Positions 57,882-64,000 of a stretch of DNA of 64,000 bases are shown piece by piece. This DNA is from Nymphaea colorata (taxonomy: Eukaryota). The DNA is taken from assembly GCF_008831285.2 (NCBI RefSeq), contig NC_045138.2, positions 35,526,001-35,590,000 on the forward strand, written 5' to 3'. Position 1 is the stretch's first letter. Every line of letters begins with the position of its first letter. The notes below the pieces were generated by a model, which was given only the letters and a program-made list of their open reading frames with translations, did not search any database and had not been told where the DNA came from. Both the position numbers and the translations under genes were made by a program.

Positions 57882-60800
57882 ATGACTCCAGGAACTTTAA
57901 GGAGGCGACTGCACCATGGTGATGTCGATGGAAAGAAACGCGAACATGTTGAGGCAGATGCACTAGACTTCCTAAGTGAGCCGTTGCTTGGGAGTGCACG
58001 CGAAGTCGCTAGCCTTGTAATAATTGCTTCTGAACAACTTGATGTCTTTGTTCAATTGGCTGCATTGGGCCCAAATTGAGGAAACCTGGTTTTTGGCGTG
58101 GTTTCTCACTTTCAGAAAGATGATTACGAAAGCGACGAGGATACTTTGGATGAGAAGAAAAGAAAGGAAAAACTGCATTGGGCGCACCTATTCTCACAGT
58201 TGATAACCCACTGGGCTCAGTTTTTGGGTAATGATTTATTCATTTGATAATTTGTTATTGGCAGAGTGGTACTTGAAATTCTTCTGCCTCTGGGGGTTAA
58301 CTTTGCGAAAATGAACGGAAAAGAAGAATGTTTCTGTCCGATTACCGGTGACTCAACAACGTATACCGACGCTTGTGCAAACGCAAATATAGAAATCTCG
58401 TTTAAGTAAACTGAGCTTAAATGAGGGTCTGCTAGTCATTCCTCCTTCTCAAAGTTGTTATGGATGCGCTGCCATTAGTTCTGCTTGTAAAATAGGTGTA
58501 TCTGTTTATTCTAAATTGCGGTCGGTTGTAATTGCTGATGGACAACCTCTTATTTGCAGCAAATATTGTTATAGGCTCTGGAACTATCATTGGGCGGCTC
58601 CTACCTCTTCCCCTTATCAATAGCTTTGGAAGTGAGAAGAAAAACCGTCCAGTTTTTGTGAGTCCTTTGCAGGTGATCACCACTGCTTCATCTTCTGTAA
58701 GATAGAAACACATATCTGCAAAAAAAAAGTAATGCTTCTACATGTATGCACTATACTTAATTCAGCACTTAAGTTGGAAGTTTTCTACCTTTGAAATGAT
58801 AGTAGTCTATACGAATATGAGTTTTTTCATCCCTGCTGTAACTGTAATGCTAACCAGTTAACATGCCCTAGGTCTTAATTCTTTTTCATCTTAAGTGTGC
58901 ATTGTAAGGCTTTAGAATAAATTATCTGTTAGCATTTCACTACTATACGTTCATTTATGAGCAATCTGTTTACTTGCAAACCATAAATCTTGCTCACCTA
59001 ATTTTTGTATTTATGTGTTCCACTTTCCTTTTTGTCATTTGGTTATTATCATTTAATATAGGAAGAATGATCCCTCTAAAGCTCTTGTTCCAGGTTTCTG
59101 CATTTATTCTCATGGTTTCTATTAAATTTTTTAGTTCTCATGCATATATATGGTCTTTTTCTGTGAAATTGAGATTATTGCATCTTTTGTTCCACAATCT
59201 TGCAGGAAGAGAGGCTGAGATTATTGCAGCAGAGGATGGGAGTTCCTTTTGATGGTTCTCGTCTAGATCACCAAGTATGGCTTAACCTGCAAGTGTTCAT
59301 TTACTCTATCACGTCACCTGGTTAGCTAACTTTGCTTCTGTTTAATATGGGGATGTGTTTGTCTGTTCCGGCTGTCTTTTCCTGCCTTTATTTTATCAAT
59401 TTGTTTGGCTTCCCTTCTTCTTTTATAGTTTAGATTGGAAATTGCTAGTTGGTTCTTTCTTTTTTTCCTTTTCCTTGAAAATTCTAATGGGAGTGCTCAA
59501 AATTTCCAGATGTGTTTTATTTGTGAATTTCAGAACGTAAGATTTCCTTATAATGCAAGGAACAACTCCCTACAATTTTTTTCTTCTTTTTCCTTTCTGG
59601 CGTACCAAGTGTCTCCTTAATTTCAAAAATATGCTTGTTTACTGGATTTTACATTTAAACCCTTCAAAATATAAGTTCCCATCAAACTCGTTCTGGTTTT
59701 TCTTTTCCTAATATATGCCTGATGAAATACGTGCCTTTTTACTAGGATGCCCTCAAGCAGCTTTGGAGGCTGGCTTACCCCAGCAGAGAACTTCCATCAC
59801 TTAAATCAGAAGTGTGGAAAGAGATGGGTTGGCAAGGCTCTGATCCATCAACTGACTTCAGGTATAATAGTTATGAAGTAAAAGCAAATGACCTTTAAGT
59901 ACCTCTTGTTAGTGAGTTCAATTTATAATTTTGTTGACATTTCTAGGGGTGGAGGCTATATATCACTGGAGAACTTGATTTTCTTTGCACAGAAGTATCC
60001 GGTATGTTTGGCAATCTTTTGAAGGTTTCTGATTTCAGATTTTTCATCTGCAATAATGGTATGACCAACAGGTAACAGGAAAATATGATGTGTATATAAG
60101 CTGATAAGGAAGCTCATGCTTTATTTTTCCTGTTTCAAGGACTCGTTCCAGAATCTGTTGCATAAAAAAGAAGGAAGAAGGTCTGACTGGGAGTATCCAT
60201 TTGCTGTGGCAGGGGTAAATGTATCTTTTATGTTGGTGCAAATGTTGGACCTGCAGTCAGGTATAGTATCTATTGATGATCTAATGATGCTTATTGGCTA
60301 TTTGTTGCATGGTTTTCATTTGGTAAATTGTTTGTTGTAAACTGTTCCTTCAGGAGCTTACAGCAACTGATCTCTGCTGCTGTTTATGACCAGAATAGAC
60401 TTGGAATGAGCAATGAAAAAGTAAAATATTGCTATCCTGTATAGAGTTGGATCAATGGCCTGCAACTTGCAATTTATAATTTAGGAGACCCAGAAAAATT
60501 CCCAAGTTATTCTGTATGAACAAAATATATTCATAGGGTATGTTCTGCTGCAGATGTCCCTATGAAATGTATGCTATTTTACACAGTTTTTCATCTCCTT
60601 TTCCTAAATCACTGCAACTGCAAGAGCTCAAGACAGACTTCTGACATCCACAAGTCACATGATGCTTGATGACATGGTAAACCTGTGAATGGGACTAAAA
60701 CTGGCTGCTTAATGGATCAGGAATCAGCAAGTTGACCAGCAACAGCAATTTATCTGGGTTGGGTCGTAAATTTTTATAGTGTGCTTTTGCTGCAAAATGG

Positions 60801-62728
60801 TGAAAAAGTTGAAATAATAAGTGACCATTTAGCAAATACACTCAAACAACTATAGTTTACAAATGCAACTACAAATGATAACTAATAAACGACACAGATA
60901 AGATTTATTTATTTTTAGCAAACTATTATAGTTTATTTCTTAGTGACAGTGGATAACAGTTAGAATGGGTGCTGAATGAAACACTCCCGAATTGGGTGAT
61001 TGTGAACCAATTTAGCCAATCCGAAACTGAGTCCTCTATGATTTGGCTGCACTTGGTCAGTAGACTCGTGACCCACAGTCCCTTGGCACTTCTGGTTGAC
61101 TAATGTGATTTCCAAGTCAATCCTCTGGGTTTTCTAACTATGTTTGATGAGCATAGTTAAAACTGCATCTAAGTTGCTAATGTCATTCCAACTTAGGTTT
61201 ATTTTACTTTCTAGTTTTTTTATTTCAAAGATTTTTTTTCCTTTGCATTTGTAAGTATTATGGTCTTGCCATGAACTAATAACTTTTCCAACTTAGGCTT
61301 ATTTTATGTTCTAGTTTTTTATTTCAAAAGTTACTTTGTTTCCTTGGTTTACCATTTATATGACCATGTTGTTGCCTTGAACTGATAACTTGTAATCGTG
61401 TGATAAGAGTTATAGATGACGTTGTTTTATGTCGTTCAACTTTTGACCATATTGCATACAACACTGACCCTGGCAATAGTACATCAACACCTTAAATTTT
61501 GGAAGTAATCACAAACACGTGCGTCAGCCTGTTCCCTTTGATAAAATCAACCAGTGGTTTGACTTGATAAAATGCCAGTGTTAGCTTCAGCATTTTTCTT
61601 TTCTAATTGTGTTCAGTTTACCCATTTATTTATCCTTTTCCATGATCAATCAACATCCACCTGTCCTCCTGACACCCATCAAGTCCCTGCTCATCTACTT
61701 CTTCCATGCATTCATCTCTCAAACAACTGGCTATTCATTACCCCTTGCCCACCTAGTTTGTGTTGATCTAAGTGTCAGCTTTCTGTCAAATGGCTGCTTT
61801 TCTTCTCTTTGAGTCAATCAAAGCCTAACAACAGACAGCCAGCAAGTAATTAAGCTTTCTTGGAAAGAACCATGAGCGCCCCTATGAATTAGTTGTTTAC
61901 TATGAAGCTTTTTTCTCCTTGAAAAGATAAGTCATTGTTTATTTCTATAAGTTATTAGTATGATTTAGCTTCTAGTCCTGCTGAATTGAAGAGATGAATA
62001 AGTGCAGCAATGCAACGAGTTTAGACATCGCCGTCTTTTTTCTCATGGATTTCACTTCAGAGTGAGTGAAAATACCCAAGTATTTGATTGACCTAGGGAA
62101 TGAAGTAAATTCAGGTAAGTTAACAAAAATCGGTGGTTGTTGGACCTAAAACATGAAACGTTAGGTTATGTAATATTGATAAAAGTCGGCTGGCTACTGA
62201 TATTTCGTTGCTAACATGGAGAAAAACGTTTTGTGAAACTTTTGACCTCTTGAGCCAGTTTTGGACAGCAAAGGAAATTCTTCCTGCCAAGGAAATATCA
62301 TGCTTTTGATTTGGAGATGTATTATTTGAGATGTTGGTTTGAAATTTAAATCTTAATTTTCTTTAGTTACATTGTGTCGTAAAATTTCTTGTAGGACCAC
62401 CGACTTCTATAGTGGCGGCCAACTTTGCACGCCTACTTGCAGAAGATGAGATGGCATTTGACAACCTCTTTTGTGTAGCGTTTATGATGCTGGATGCCCA
62501 ATGGCTTGCTAAACGTGCTTCATATATGGAGTTCAATGTAAAATTAATGGTCCTCGTTCCTTCGTCATGAATTTATCTCCTTTTCCTTTTCCTGAATAAC
62601 CTGGACTTGTTTTTTAACTTTTCTAGGAGGTGCTAAAATCAACAAGGACGCAGTTAGAACGTGAGCTTTCTCTAGATGACGTTTACAGCGTAAGGGATCT
62701 GCCTGCATACAATCTCTTACGTCGATAG
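57882..62728 (+). CDS. ELMO/CED-12 domain (ELMOD-type) protein, ~321 aa. Exons: 57882-58016, 58116-58227, 58560-58672, 59206-59274, 59746-59861, 59947-60001, 60140-60260, 62395-62537, 62627-62728
   Basis: LRRRLHHGDVDG, WKEMGWQGSDPSTDFRGGG, SLENLIFFA, WEYPFAVAGVNVSFML, AFDNLFCVAF and ASYMEFNEVLKSTR. Introns are in-phase GT-AG; the first donor is the least certain. Confidence 0.93.
61186..61391. repeat. Diverged two-copy tandem repeat, ~100-bp period, in ELMO intron 7
   Basis: TTCCAACTTAGG(T/C)TTATTTTA..TTCTAGTTTTTT..ATTTCAAA...TTGCC(A/T)TGAACT(A/G)ATAACTT starts at 61186 and 61286. Confidence 0.85.
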
Positions 62729-64000
62729 CCAGACATGATCTATGAGATTAGAGTTCGTTACCTGTAATGTTATGCAAATGTATTCTTTTCTTATGTTCAT
62801 TAAATACAAAAAAATTCTGGAATAAGTCTAGTTCAACTAAAAGATGCCCCTTTTGCATAATATTTTCCAACTAAGTTCATCTCCCTGATCTTTCGTGATT
62901 ATAGCTTTACTTCCAAAGTTAGCCTGATGCGTTCATCGTGCTGGATTTGCTTGTCGAAAATGGGTATATAAACACCTTCTGCCGATGTACCTGGCAGTCA
63001 GTGTGGGAACCAAGAGCTAAGAGGAAGTCTCCATCTATTCTAGAAGAGATTTGAGTTATGAACAACAAGTACTTCAAGGCTACTCTTTTTCTTCTTCCAA
63101 CACTTGGCTGCCTTTGTTCACATTTCAAGGACAAGGTCTCATCATAGCTAACTGCTGCCATCATTGATGTCGGCAGAGGTGAGAAGGCTTTGGGCCTCTT
63201 TTTTTAAACGTGGGTTGTTAAACTCGCTCACCCGAAAAAGGTCTGACCGGGACAGCAAGTCTTCCAACAAATCTTGGTCCTTGTGGTTAATCGCAATCCA
63301 TAGCACCACACTGTTGGAATGTCCAGCATGAACCACCTGTTATTTGTATTTTTGAACTGCCTATCCGTTCGACGGTTTAGGTTGGAGGAGGGCTGCACAA
63401 GCCCCCAGCTGGTGTCTAGGTGTAGGGTGGGCACTACCCATCTTGGTCCTGAACCATGTGCAGAGAAATTAATGTCCGGGTCCACTCATATGTTGTCCGC
63501 CATCTGAGTGCCACTGGAATAACGTTAAGAGTTACTTGTTTAATAAAGTGGTCAGAAAGGAAACAAAACGAAGCCATTTACAAAGAACGGTAACTTGAAC
63601 ACGAAAAGTATGGACCTTCGTATAGAATGGGCAGAGGGCCTACGATAAACCAGTCTGGTGGAGTAAATTTCTTGATGCGAAGGTATCTCAGGGCAATAAT
63701 GACCAAGGTGGTTTTTCAGAAAACATTTTAAAAGTGTCATGAATCATGATATTGTGATATTAGTGCAATAAAAAAGTAAAACAAATTGGCTCCGACAGTT
63801 TTCTTCCTCATTATGCCTTGATCAATCGCTCAAAAATATATGGCTTGATTTACAGGAACTGAATGCATCGACCATACCACTGTATTCGTCCATTCAACAG
63901 ATTAACACAATAAAACTGACGACCAACAACCAATCCCCATTTATGATATCAAGTTCAACGCAACGAGATTTGACGAAATTTGTCAAGTACAAAAAGAACA

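Noticed and set aside
62919..63740. Series of short minus-strand ORFs at the right edge as a further gene
   Set aside because: I could not find a recognisable domain or build a consistent splice model. A degraded gene fragment cannot be excluded; BLASTX would decide.

Overview
This is an intron-rich flowering-plant nuclear genome segment; the species cannot be determined from the sequence alone. I reconstructed nine protein-coding loci by hand from splice sites and reading frames. In order: organellar DNA gyrase subunit A (minus, 13 exons in the window, runs off the left edge); a REX1-B domain gene (minus) head-to-head with a spastin-like MIT-AAA ATPase (plus, one GC-AG intron); two tandem MATE/DTX transporter paralogues; the photosystem II D1 C-terminal processing protease CtpA (plus); a GDSL lipase-like gene (minus); an intronless PORR-domain organellar RNA-binding gene (minus); and an ELMO-domain gene (plus). 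gyrA introns hold a decayed ~3 kb hAT transposon and a related end fragment, and MITE-like elements, tandem duplications and microsatellites are scattered through the window. Most notable: (i) both MATE paralogues carry a lesion. Copy 1 has a TGG->TAG stop. Copy 2 has its ancestral-looking ATG out of frame, but may be rescued by an upstream exon that contributes only the ATG. (ii) A near-identical 342-bp tandem duplication has a junction that is a 16-nt inverted copy of an internal segment, a template-switch signature. (iii) The GDSL protein has Asn in place of the catalytic His. (iv) A cluster of 12-mer motifs sits upstream of gyrA. I found no rRNA, tRNA or CRISPR array and no convincing new multi-gene system.
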